DNA of 28,425 nucleotides from Patescibacteria group bacterium (GTDB taxonomy: Bacteria > Patescibacteriota > Patescibacteriia > UBA9934): contig JAUPWK010000018.1 in the NCBI GenBank assembly GCA_030916555.1, forward strand, positions 1 through 28,425. Reading direction: 5' to 3'. The translations under genes and the position numbers were made by a program. This document shows positions 1-8,085 of the stretch, piece after piece; the stretch's first letter is position 1; each line of letters starts with the position of its first letter. The notes under the pieces are model-generated. The model worked only from the letters and a program-made list of their open reading frames with translations, was not told the DNA's origin and made no database searches.

Positions 1-1151
1 GTAGGCGCAACTACAGCCGCAGGAGTCACGCGTGGAGCGGCTAAAGGTGCTTTCTGCACTTCCTCAGCGCCTAAACAAAACTGTACCAACGCAATCTCAA
101 GCGGTAATTGCGGAAACTGGCTTGGAGCCGAGCGGCCCCGAGCGCTCAAAAGCACATCGAGCAATCGTTGAAAATCAAATGCTGACAAACGCTTGGCATA
201 CTCCTGAAGTTTGGCCAGAGTATCCTGGTCAAACTTCTCGAAATTCGCGTCACCGAGCGCTGCGAATAATAAGGATCGTGAAAACTCAATCAGCTCATCC
301 AGCAAGTGACGCACTGACCCACCTTCCTCCACAAATGCTTGAAGGATCTGAAGCACCCGGGCGGTCTCCTTACGTGTGAGTGCATCAGCCAAATTCATGA
401 CAACGCCTTGGTAGGTAGCCGGGATAATAAGCGTCGCTACGGCCAAGGTGACATGCTTCTCCCCCAAAGACAGTAATTGCCCAAGCAAGCTCTCAGCGTC
501 GCGTAAACAACCCTCTGACAATCTCGCAATCGCCACCATGACATCCTGATCAAACTCAACACCTTCAGCCCTCGCAATCGTTTCAAGGCGCTCAATCATC
601 TCCTTAGCCGGAATGCGGTGGAAATCAAAACGCTGACAGCGCGAAATGATCGTGGCTGGAATTTTGTGCAGTTCAGTTGTGGCCAAAATGAACACGACAT
701 GTGAAGGCGGCTCCTCAAGTGTTTTCAAAAGAGCATTAAACGAAGAGGTCGAAAGCATGTGGACTTCATCGATGATGAAGACTTTGTACTTTCCGCGCGA
801 AGGTGCAAAACGTACGTTCTCAATAATGTTCTCCCGGGTCTCTTCAACTTTGGTTTGAGAAGCAGCATCAATTTCTACCGTATCCAAAAATCGTCCGGCA
901 TTGGCATCCGTACAGATAGAACATTGATTACAGGGCTCTGCTGACCCTGGGGCGCGGTTTTCGCAATTCAAGGCTTTAGCAAGCAAGCGGGCAATGGTGG
1001 TTTTTCCCACACCCCGAGGACCGGCAAACAGGTAAGCATGGGCAACTTTTCCGGCGGCTAATTGATTGGAAACGGTACGTACAACATGTTGTTGTTCAGC
1101 AACATCAGCAAAGGTAGAAGGACGATATTTTCGATACAAAGCTTCAGCCAT
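1..1151 (-). CDS. dnaX: DNA polymerase III subunit gamma/tau (3' end runs off the window)
   Basis: Not in the ORF track because the stop is outside the window. Manual translation from ATG at 1151 gives MAEALYRKYRPSTFADV...HAYLFAGPRGVGKTTIAR (Walker A). The codons read at 396-303 and near the window edge are open and end in a Pro/Ala-rich linker (KAPLAAPRVTPAAVVAP). Confidence 0.97.
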   Translation of the reverse strand, partial: MAEALYRKYRPSTFADVAEQQHVVRTVSNQLAAGKVAHAYLFAGPRGVGKTTIARLLAKALNCENRAPGSAEPCNQCSICTDANAGRFLDTVEIDAASQTKVEETRENIIENVRFAPSRGKYKVFIIDEVHMLSTSSFNALLKTLEEPPSHVVFILATTELHKIPATIISRCQRFDFHRIPAKEMIERLETIARAEGVEFDQDVMVAIARLSEGCLRDAESLLGQLLSLGEKHVTLAVATLIIPATYQGVVMNLADALTRKETARVLQILQAFVEEGGSVRHLLDELIEFSRSLLFAALGDANFEKFDQDTLAKLQEYAKRLSAFDFQRLLDVLLSARGRSAPSQFPQLPLEIALVQFCLGAEEVQKAPLAAPRVTPAAVVAP

Positions 1152-1232
1152 ATGCGGTCGAGTTTACACTGATACGTGTAGCCTCGGCAAGCCACTTTTA
1201 TGCCCAGTATCATGCACGCCTAAGACAAAACG

Positions 1233-3740
1233 CTATAGACTTGAAGGCGGCGACATCGGCGCAGCCACGACCTCTTTTCGTGAGGCATAACCCGCCCGCT
1301 CAAGGATATCCCGCGACACAATTTCTTTATCTTGACCGAACTGTAAGCGTGAAATTTCTTTAAGGGCATCCCCCACTTTTCTGCTTCCCTTAGCCGGTGG
1401 GTAGGCTTTCATGGTGAATGGTTTGGCTTGAGCGTTATCAATAATCATCTTCACGTTCCAGGTGTACATGTCCGTGTTCATGAGGTCCTGACCTGAGAAC
1501 GTAGGCTCAAAAACCTTACCCAGGGTTTCAATATCTTCTGGACCAACACGGGCAACCATAATAGTACCCACGTTACCAAGCACCGCATCACGAATTTCGC
1601 TTTTCCCGTCACGCACCAACTGACCCATGTATTGGTGAGCGAGCACCAAGTTCAAGCGATACTTACGTGCCTCAGACAAGATGGTAGCAATAGACGGAGT
1701 AACAAAGTTCTGGAACTCATCAATGTACAGGTAAAAATCTTTACGTTGATCCTCCGGGATGTCGGCACGAGTAAAGGCAGCCATCTGAAGCTTCGCCACC
1801 AAAATCAAACCAAGTAGTGAAGCATTAACTTCACCTGTCTTACCTTTTGAAAGATTTACAAGGAGAATCTTCTGGTTATCCATGATGTCCCGGAAATTAA
1901 AGGCCGATTTAGATTGACCGATAATATTCCGCATCATTTCATTTTCCACAAAACGGCCGACCTTCGACACCAAATATCCCATCATTTCGCTCTTATGGTA
2001 ATCCGAGGTTTTCGCCATTTCATCCTCCCAGAAAGAACGAACAAGGGGATCTTTCACCTTTGCTACCCAGGCCTTCTGGAAAGCGTCGTCAGAGATCATG
2101 CGTGGGATTTCAACAATCGTACCTGGGTTCTTCACGTCCGCCATGAGCGTTAACATGTAGTTGCGCATGTTGTGCTCAAACATTGGGCCAATCATTTCCG
2201 GCGGGAACAGCATGTAGAAAATGCTGATCATTTCTTGAACCGCAAAATCACGCATGTTTTCATCTGGCGCCTCAAGCATGTTGAGTCCCATTGGTCGCTC
2301 CAAATCTGACGGGTTGAAATACACCACGTCATCGAGACGCTCCTTTGGGATAAGACCCATGAGATCATCAGCTAAGTCTCCGTGCGGATCAATAACTGCA
2401 ACACCCTTCCCGTTTCGAATATCCTGCAAGGCCATGTTCTTAATGAACTCGGTCTTACCGGAACCGGTTTTACCAATAATATACGTGTGACGGCGTCGAT
2501 CCGCCTCATTCATGTAAATTTCAGTCTTCTTACCGCGATACACATTGAACCCGATATGGAGACCTGACTGTGGAACATTGACCGGGGCTGGCGCCGTCCG
2601 AGCACTCATCCAACGAATATTCGGGGTCTCCGAAGTTGGAAGCGGTAAGTGCCACAAACTCGCCAACTCTTCCGTGTTCAAAACAAGGAAGTGGGACTGA
2701 TGAAAAGTTCTAAAAATAAAGCCTTCAAGAATCGCCTTCCGTGATGAAGGGATATTTTTCTCAAATGAATTGCCGTATTCGTACACGTTGTACTGTCCAA
2801 ATGCCTGCAAGACGTTCGTGAGATACATTTGTGCCTCTTCCGTATTTGCAGCTGAAGCCACTACACGAATAGTAGTTTCAAGTCCGGCTTTACTCAGTTT
2901 ATTTTCAATGCCTTCAAGCATCTTAGTCTCCGCGGCAGATAATCGGCGCTCGCGCTGCTTCTCTTTACTCTTTTCGATATCTTCTTTGGTCGCAAACCAA
3001 CCATGAGATTTCGAGCCCTTTTTAGCGTCCTGAAAACTCATGCCCTGTTGCATGTTGCGAACAATCCGCAAACCTAAAGCTCGCCACGTACTCTTGGCCG
3101 GCCGGACTACAAACTGAATAGCTACGCCATCACTCTCTCCCACTTTTGCTAAAGCGTTTGTGATTGCGTTCAATGGATCTCCATCCATCTCCTTATATGT
3201 TTTGATTGGAATCACGCTCTCACGTTTAAAACGCAAATACCCAGCCACTACCGTTCCGGTGGGCGTAAACATGTTGTAATCCTCAATTGGCTCAACAAAA
3301 GCGTCGCTCCACTGTGCGTGAATCTGTTGTTCTACGAACTCTTGGTAACGGCGCGGCACCGTAACATAAAAAGTTACCAACTTTTCGTGCGCGACAATTT
3401 CAAAAGCAAAACTATCCGTCCGCCCCACAAACCAAGCCCAAAAGCCTTTATCTGGTTTCAACCCGCCCAAAGCAGAAAAGAGCGTTTCCGTAATCGCGAT
3501 CTTCTCTTTTACTCCTGCTGCGTTGTCATTTTGACGCGTATCGTCATCGTTTTTAAAACGTGGAATAGTGATACGAAGCGTTACAAGCACATCCTCACCC
3601 CCACGCGCTCGAGCGCGAGCCTCAAAGAACTTGCGCAAGCGCCAAAATCCAAGTCCCAAAAATGCCGCCACAATAGCGAGCGCAATCAACCAAGGTAAAC
3701 CTGCAATAAGCAGTGCCTGGAGTGTGAGACTATCGATCAC
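1233..3740 (-). CDS. Membrane-anchored VirD4/TraG-like (T4SS coupling protein / HerA-FtsK superfamily) ATPase
   Basis: 835 aa with an N-terminal TM helix, Walker A IIGKTGSGKT, VAVIDPHGDL, Walker B LYIDEFQNF and LSEARKYRLNLVLAHQ. The GTG start overlaps the upstream stop (GTGA). Confidence 0.88.
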   Translation of the reverse strand: MIDSLTLQALLIAGLPWLIALAIVAAFLGLGFWRLRKFFEARARARGGEDVLVTLRITIPRFKNDDDTRQNDNAAGVKEKIAITETLFSALGGLKPDKGFWAWFVGRTDSFAFEIVAHEKLVTFYVTVPRRYQEFVEQQIHAQWSDAFVEPIEDYNMFTPTGTVVAGYLRFKRESVIPIKTYKEMDGDPLNAITNALAKVGESDGVAIQFVVRPAKSTWRALGLRIVRNMQQGMSFQDAKKGSKSHGWFATKEDIEKSKEKQRERRLSAAETKMLEGIENKLSKAGLETTIRVVASAANTEEAQMYLTNVLQAFGQYNVYEYGNSFEKNIPSSRKAILEGFIFRTFHQSHFLVLNTEELASLWHLPLPTSETPNIRWMSARTAPAPVNVPQSGLHIGFNVYRGKKTEIYMNEADRRRHTYIIGKTGSGKTEFIKNMALQDIRNGKGVAVIDPHGDLADDLMGLIPKERLDDVVYFNPSDLERPMGLNMLEAPDENMRDFAVQEMISIFYMLFPPEMIGPMFEHNMRNYMLTLMADVKNPGTIVEIPRMISDDAFQKAWVAKVKDPLVRSFWEDEMAKTSDYHKSEMMGYLVSKVGRFVENEMMRNIIGQSKSAFNFRDIMDNQKILLVNLSKGKTGEVNASLLGLILVAKLQMAAFTRADIPEDQRKDFYLYIDEFQNFVTPSIATILSEARKYRLNLVLAHQYMGQLVRDGKSEIRDAVLGNVGTIMVARVGPEDIETLGKVFEPTFSGQDLMNTDMYTWNVKMIIDNAQAKPFTMKAYPPAKGSRKVGDALKEISRLQFGQDKEIVSRDILERAGYASRKEVVAAPMSPPSSL

Positions 3741-4243
3741 AAAACATTACCTGAATTTTTAGCTTGTTCCTCTACGTAATCCATGACTTTGTCTAACTTG
3801 ATTTTAGCTTCTTGGCGCAAAAAATACACGTTTACCCCAGGAATCATGCCAAGCCAATCACTAACGAGCTTCAAAACCTTGTGCACCTTCACTCGAGCAG
3901 TAACCACCATCTCATGAATTGTTTTTGCAACTTCCTCACCTTTTATCTTGAAGGCTTCACGCTTTTCTTCGGGCAACTGCGCATAAATCTCCCCCAAATT
4001 TTCAGCCAGCAGATTCTCAATTTGAGTTAGACCTGGATCTTTTTCTGGAACATTCTCTACCGCACCTGAAGTGGTGATGGTTGATTTCACGTTCGCCAAA
4101 TGCTGCGCGTCGACCCGCGGCGTCTCATCTTTATGAGGCGCAGACTCTGACCCACGCTCTTGTGACTCAAAATTTGACTCGCGTTCCGCTGAGCCAACTT
4201 CCGGACTAAGCAAATTTACTCCCTCTCGGCGATCTTCGTTCAT
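3737..4243 (-). CDS. Hypothetical protein: acidic disordered N-terminus plus helical C-terminal domain
   Basis: ORF track 3737..4249. Start moved to the second ATG (4243) because an extended -10 (TGTTAAAAT, 4258-4250) abuts the first ATG. Stop overlaps the VirD4-like start. Confidence 0.8.
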   Translation of the reverse strand: MNEDRREGVNLLSPEVGSAERESNFESQERGSESAPHKDETPRVDAQHLANVKSTITTSGAVENVPEKDPGLTQIENLLAENLGEIYAQLPEEKREAFKIKGEEVAKTIHEMVVTARVKVHKVLKLVSDWLGMIPGVNVYFLRQEAKIKLDKVMDYVEEQAKNSGNVL

Positions 4244-4249
4244 GCGCAT

Positions 4250-4258
4250 ATTTTAACA
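4250..4258 (-). promoter_or_regulatory. Extended -10 promoter (TGtTAAAAT), probably leaderless
   Basis: TGn-TAAAAT followed by 6 nt and then the ATG at 4243. Confidence 0.5.
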
Positions 4259-4261
4259 CAA

Positions 4262-4302
4262 AAACAGATCGACCTCACCGTATTGGTGAGGTCGATCTGT
4301 TT
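4262..4302 (-). terminator. Intrinsic terminator after the TMEM43-family gene
   Basis: Perfect 18-bp inverted repeat AAACAGATCGACCTCACC / GGTGAGGTCGATCTGTTT with a 5-nt loop and a T-tract on the minus strand. Confidence 0.85.
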
Positions 4303-4311
4303 GATTCACGC

Positions 4312-5418
4312 TTACTTCGCTACCTGTTCAGCTGTCCTACGTTTTGTGATTACAGCACCCGAACCAAGCACACCCAACAAAATCAGGATACATACCACAA
4401 TGACTGCCCAAATATTGTGCAAAATAGCAAACACGATAATGGCAACGGCACTTAAAACAAAGGCAACGGCAAAGGTGATAACACTGATAAAAGCCTTACC
4501 CACTCCCCCAATGACCGGAATGAAACTCATGAGTGCAGAAATTGGTCCAAACAAGGCCCACAAACCAAACCACATCATAAGGAACCCAATCAAACGAAAA
4601 GCCCACAAAGCCCCTTTGTATTCAGCGCGCATTTGCGCAATACCTTGCTCATGCGTGCCCTCAACTACACGATACAATTCGTCACCATGCTTGTTCACAT
4701 ATGGGTTGACCGTCGTGCCGCTCAGCTGACCAAAAATCGTTCCATCAAATGGGACTTTGACAACGTGATAACTTATGCGCAAATCTCCAATATCTGGATC
4801 CGTGGATGTACCGGCGGCACTCTCACGAACATACACATACTCTCCAGCTAAAAGCGTTGCATTCTCCGTCAAAGAAACCATCGACTCGTTGAGTTGCAAG
4901 GTTACGGTAGATGGAACTCTGATCGACTCTGGGTCAAAAGCCAACTCTCCTACCTTGGCAGTGCTGGCAACGGTAGTAGCGTCGCTTATCTTCGATGCGA
5001 TATTCGCATGACCTTCAGATACGTGAAACTTAGTGGAATCAGCTGGCTCATCTACCCAATCAGTCTTATACAAATAATTCGTCTCGCTACTCTGAGAACC
5101 GTCAGCATTTGTGTGGGTAACATTTTCCGTGGTCTCGACCCAAGCCATGACCTCAACCTGACGCTCAACTTTCACATACGGACCCGGCTTCAAATACAAC
5201 TCATCACCAATCACGGGTTCAGCGGCCACCTTGCCGGTCGCTGAAATCAGCTGCCCTGCCGCGTCCGGGGATGCTGCGACGTTATTCGCGTCAACGACTA
5301 CTGCCCGCTTAGCAATCTGCGCATAATTCGTGCGGCCTTCGTTCCAGTATAAAACTCCAAACGACAACAGGAATAACACGATTCCGACAAGCACGCCTTG
5401 AAATGGTTTTACGGTCAT
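4312..5418 (-). CDS. TMEM43 (DUF1625)-family membrane protein
   Basis: N-terminal TM ending in LYWNEGR, a large soluble domain and three C-terminal TMs (WAFRLIGFLMMWFG...), matching the TMEM43/LUMA-family layout. Confidence 0.8.
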   Translation of the reverse strand: MTVKPFQGVLVGIVLFLLSFGVLYWNEGRTNYAQIAKRAVVVDANNVAASPDAAGQLISATGKVAAEPVIGDELYLKPGPYVKVERQVEVMAWVETTENVTHTNADGSQSSETNYLYKTDWVDEPADSTKFHVSEGHANIASKISDATTVASTAKVGELAFDPESIRVPSTVTLQLNESMVSLTENATLLAGEYVYVRESAAGTSTDPDIGDLRISYHVVKVPFDGTIFGQLSGTTVNPYVNKHGDELYRVVEGTHEQGIAQMRAEYKGALWAFRLIGFLMMWFGLWALFGPISALMSFIPVIGGVGKAFISVITFAVAFVLSAVAIIVFAILHNIWAVIVVCILILLGVLGSGAVITKRRTAEQVAK

Positions 5419-5429
5419 ATTGAAATAAA

Positions 5430-6812
5430 TTAACGTAATTCTCTGACTCTTTGTCCGTCGATAGTATCCTCAACCTGCAAACCCAGCTTCGCAAACTCGG
5501 CACGAAGCTCATCTGAACGCTGAAAATCTTTCGCTGACCTTGCAGCCTGACGAGCGTCAAGAAGCGCCTGAGCCTCAGAAGAGAGTTTAAGTGGGCGCGC
5601 GACCACATCTTCAAGCGCTAGCCCGAGCACTTCATCATAGGCTAAAAGCGTAGCCGCCTTAACGGCGCTTGGCAGCATATCATCACCAACTAATTTCCAC
5701 ACGAGCGCCAATGCCTGAACCGAATCGAGATCGTCCCGCATGAATGCCATAAAGGCCTCAAACGAAGCTTGATCGACGGTTGTAGGCTTGTCCCAAGTAC
5801 GCACGGTATCAACTAATTTATTCAAAGCGTTCTGCGCGGCCTGAGCTGACTCCCAAGTGAAATTCAACGACGATTTGTAATGCGCGCCAAGCACAAAATA
5901 ACGATACGCAAGCGGCGAGATCCCCTTCGTGGCCAGGTCATCGAGAGAATACGTATTACCAAGCGACTTGCTCATCTTGCCCCCGTCAATCAACAAAAAT
6001 TCGTTGTGCAGCCAATAGTTCGCCTCGAGCACTCCACGCGCTGCCTCTGCTTGAGCAAGTTCATTTTCATGATGAACTGCAATGTGATCAATACCACCCG
6101 TATGAATATCAAAGGGCATGCCAAGGTATTTTTCTGCCATGGCCGAACACTCAATATGCCAACCCGGAAAACCCTTCCCCCACGGTGATTCCCACTCCAT
6201 GTGGCGTACCTCATCTTTAGGCGAAAATTTCCAAAGAGCGAAATCGCTAGCATGATGCTTCTCGCCAATTTCAACTCTTGCTCCAGCCTCTTTATCTGCC
6301 AATTTCTGGCCTGACAAACGACCATAACCAGGAAGCTTCTCAGTAGAAAAATAGACTCCATCACTCGTCGTGTAGGTGAGCCCCTTCTGCTCAATCGCCC
6401 GAATCATTTCAATCTGCTCGGCGATGTGATCTGTCGCTTTGGGCATGACGCTTGGAGTAAGCGTATTCATGCGCTGCAAGTCGCGTAAAAATAATTTCGT
6501 ATAGGCATCCGCCACCTCCCAGGCTGTTTTGCCTTCGCGACGAGCACCTTTTTCAAGCTTGTCTTCTCCATCATCGGCATCGCTCACTAAGTGTCCGACG
6601 TCAGTAATATTCATGACATGCGTCACGGAATAACCGGAAGCTTCAAACATGCGTCGAAGCACATCTGCAAACACGTAGGCGCGTAAATTTCCGATAGAGG
6701 CACGATCGTAAACCGTTGGACCACAGACATACATGCCCATGGCTCCATCTTTCAAAGGCTTAAATACTTGTTTTTGACGCCCCAAGGTATTGAAAAGCTG
6801 AATGGTATTCAT
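5430..6812 (-). CDS. cysS: Cysteine--tRNA ligase
   Basis: CGPTVYD, PGWHIECSAM, DIHTGGIDHIAVHHENE and KMSKSLGN are present; the HIGH motif reads SIGN. Confidence 0.97.
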   Translation of the reverse strand: MNTIQLFNTLGRQKQVFKPLKDGAMGMYVCGPTVYDRASIGNLRAYVFADVLRRMFEASGYSVTHVMNITDVGHLVSDADDGEDKLEKGARREGKTAWEVADAYTKLFLRDLQRMNTLTPSVMPKATDHIAEQIEMIRAIEQKGLTYTTSDGVYFSTEKLPGYGRLSGQKLADKEAGARVEIGEKHHASDFALWKFSPKDEVRHMEWESPWGKGFPGWHIECSAMAEKYLGMPFDIHTGGIDHIAVHHENELAQAEAARGVLEANYWLHNEFLLIDGGKMSKSLGNTYSLDDLATKGISPLAYRYFVLGAHYKSSLNFTWESAQAAQNALNKLVDTVRTWDKPTTVDQASFEAFMAFMRDDLDSVQALALVWKLVGDDMLPSAVKAATLLAYDEVLGLALEDVVARPLKLSSEAQALLDARQAARSAKDFQRSDELRAEFAKLGLQVEDTIDGQRVRELR

Positions 6813-6823
6813 AGCTACGCCAT

Positions 6824-6852
6824 AGAGTACCGCGACAAGAATGAAAGTACAA
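6824..6852 (-). promoter_or_regulatory. Possible sigma70 promoter for cysS
   Basis: TTGTAC-17 nt-TACTCT, 11 nt upstream of the cysS ATG and just downstream of a terminator. Confidence 0.35.
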
Positions 6853-6859
6853 CCAAAAA

Positions 6860-6888
6860 CACAACACCCCTATTCAAGGGGTGTTGTG
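6860..6888 (-). terminator. Intrinsic terminator of the ECF/anti-sigma operon
   Basis: 12-bp stem CACAACACCCCT / AGGGGTGTTGTG followed by TTTTT on the minus strand; it contains the anti-sigma stop codon. Confidence 0.8.
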
Positions 6889-7499
6889 GTAGGAATATCA
6901 GCAATTTTCTGGAGCCGGAGATCGATACCATGAAGATATCGAGCCTTTTCAGCGGTCCCCATATTGGAAAGCTCGATCTCGGTGCGTAGGCGCGTAAGGG
7001 CATCCGTTACCTCGAGTTTAACATTGGTTTTTATCAATTCTCGGCCTGCCTCATCATGACGGAGTTCTGATAACTCACCGACCGTCACGCTCATCGAGTC
7101 AGCCAAGTGATCAATCAGCTGAGGCGGTAATGGCTCGTTATGTCGTACGCGGTAAGCAATCTCAGCCGCGCGACGTCGCATGATCTTGGCATGAAAACGA
7201 ACCTGAGCCTCCGGGGATCGATTAAAACTTCCTTCAATATCTTCAAGAGTCGTTTTCACTGGATACAAGGTATCGCCCTCCGTAATCGAGCTTGAAGCGT
7301 AAGCATACGATCCAAACCCCAAAAACATGATAAGTGCCAGGGATGCGGTCGCGAACGCATACCGCATGGCATGAACAGGAAACGTATGCTTCACAAGCGG
7401 TTGATCCGCCACAAGACGGGACCGCAATGAGGCCTTGAAATCCGCGTCAGGCGTACTGTCGCGGCGCAATTGACGCAATTTTGGGGTTAATAAAATCAT
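6870..7499 (-). CDS. Putative anti-sigma factor (single TM plus DUF5667-like helical domain)
   Basis: Short cytoplasmic N-terminus (PDADFKASLRSRL), one TM, then EGDTLYPVKTTLEDIE. ATGA overlap with the ECF sigma gene. Confidence 0.7.
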   Translation of the reverse strand: MILLTPKLRQLRRDSTPDADFKASLRSRLVADQPLVKHTFPVHAMRYAFATASLALIMFLGFGSYAYASSSITEGDTLYPVKTTLEDIEGSFNRSPEAQVRFHAKIMRRRAAEIAYRVRHNEPLPPQLIDHLADSMSVTVGELSELRHDEAGRELIKTNVKLEVTDALTRLRTEIELSNMGTAEKARYLHGIDLRLQKIADIPTTTPLE

Positions 7500-7987
7500 A
7501 CGTACGTTTTCATGAGTTCTTTGAGCTTCTTCATGGCACGGTAAGTTTCGACTCGGACTGAACCGGCGGGCTTCTCAAGATTTGTTGCGATCTCTTTATA
7601 ACGATAACCGAGTAAATATTTCTGCTCGATCAGCCGGCGTTCATGCGGCTTTAACTGACTTATGGCTTCACGCAGGTGATCGAGATCATTAGCAGCCTCT
7701 GTCGTTTTTACTCCGTTTTCTCCTTCAAGCGAAAAGGCAATATCATCTAAATCAACATGCTCTTTTTTATCGCGCCAGTAATTGATCACTTTATTGCGTG
7801 CAATTGTCATGATCCAAGCTTTCTCTCCACGTGTAGGGTCAAAATCTGCAAAGGCCGCAAGCGCTGAGGTAAAAATATCAGCCGTTAAATCTTCAGCGAT
7901 CGCCGTATTTTGTGAAACACGAAAATAGACGAAACGGTAGACCGCGTCGAAATGCGTGTCATAAAAGGCCCCGAAATCACCTGCCAT
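7496..7987 (-). CDS. ECF-type RNA polymerase sigma-70 factor
   Basis: 163 aa; region 2 (VYRFVYFRV...AEDLTADIF...WIMTIARNKVINYWR) and region 4 (YKEIATNLEKPAGSVRVETYRAMKKL). Confidence 0.92.
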   Translation of the reverse strand: MAGDFGAFYDTHFDAVYRFVYFRVSQNTAIAEDLTADIFTSALAAFADFDPTRGEKAWIMTIARNKVINYWRDKKEHVDLDDIAFSLEGENGVKTTEAANDLDHLREAISQLKPHERRLIEQKYLLGYRYKEIATNLEKPAGSVRVETYRAMKKLKELMKTYV

Positions 7988-7998
7988 AGGCTACTAAG

Positions 7999-8025
7999 AT
8001 TACACAGTTCGCGTAAAAACGTTAC
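7999..8025 (-). promoter_or_regulatory. Candidate autoregulatory ECF promoter
   Basis: GTAAC-16 nt-TGTAAT, 11 nt upstream of the sigma ATG, resembling the AAC...CGT-type ECF promoter layout. Confidence 0.4.
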
Positions 8026-8085
8026 GTACAATACGGTTCTTTTGAGTCCTTTACGTATGCACGAACCATTAAATATAGCCCATTT

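Noticed and set aside
1-1151. Programmed frameshift in dnaX (gamma/tau)
   Set aside because: Only the first 383 codons are in the window; the region where such sites occur in E. coli is outside it.
1152-1232. SRP RNA (ffs), which often lies upstream of dnaX
   Set aside because: Only 81 nt, and no GGAA-tetraloop helix 8 or CAGG/AGCAG motif; just a small TACAC/GTGTA hairpin.
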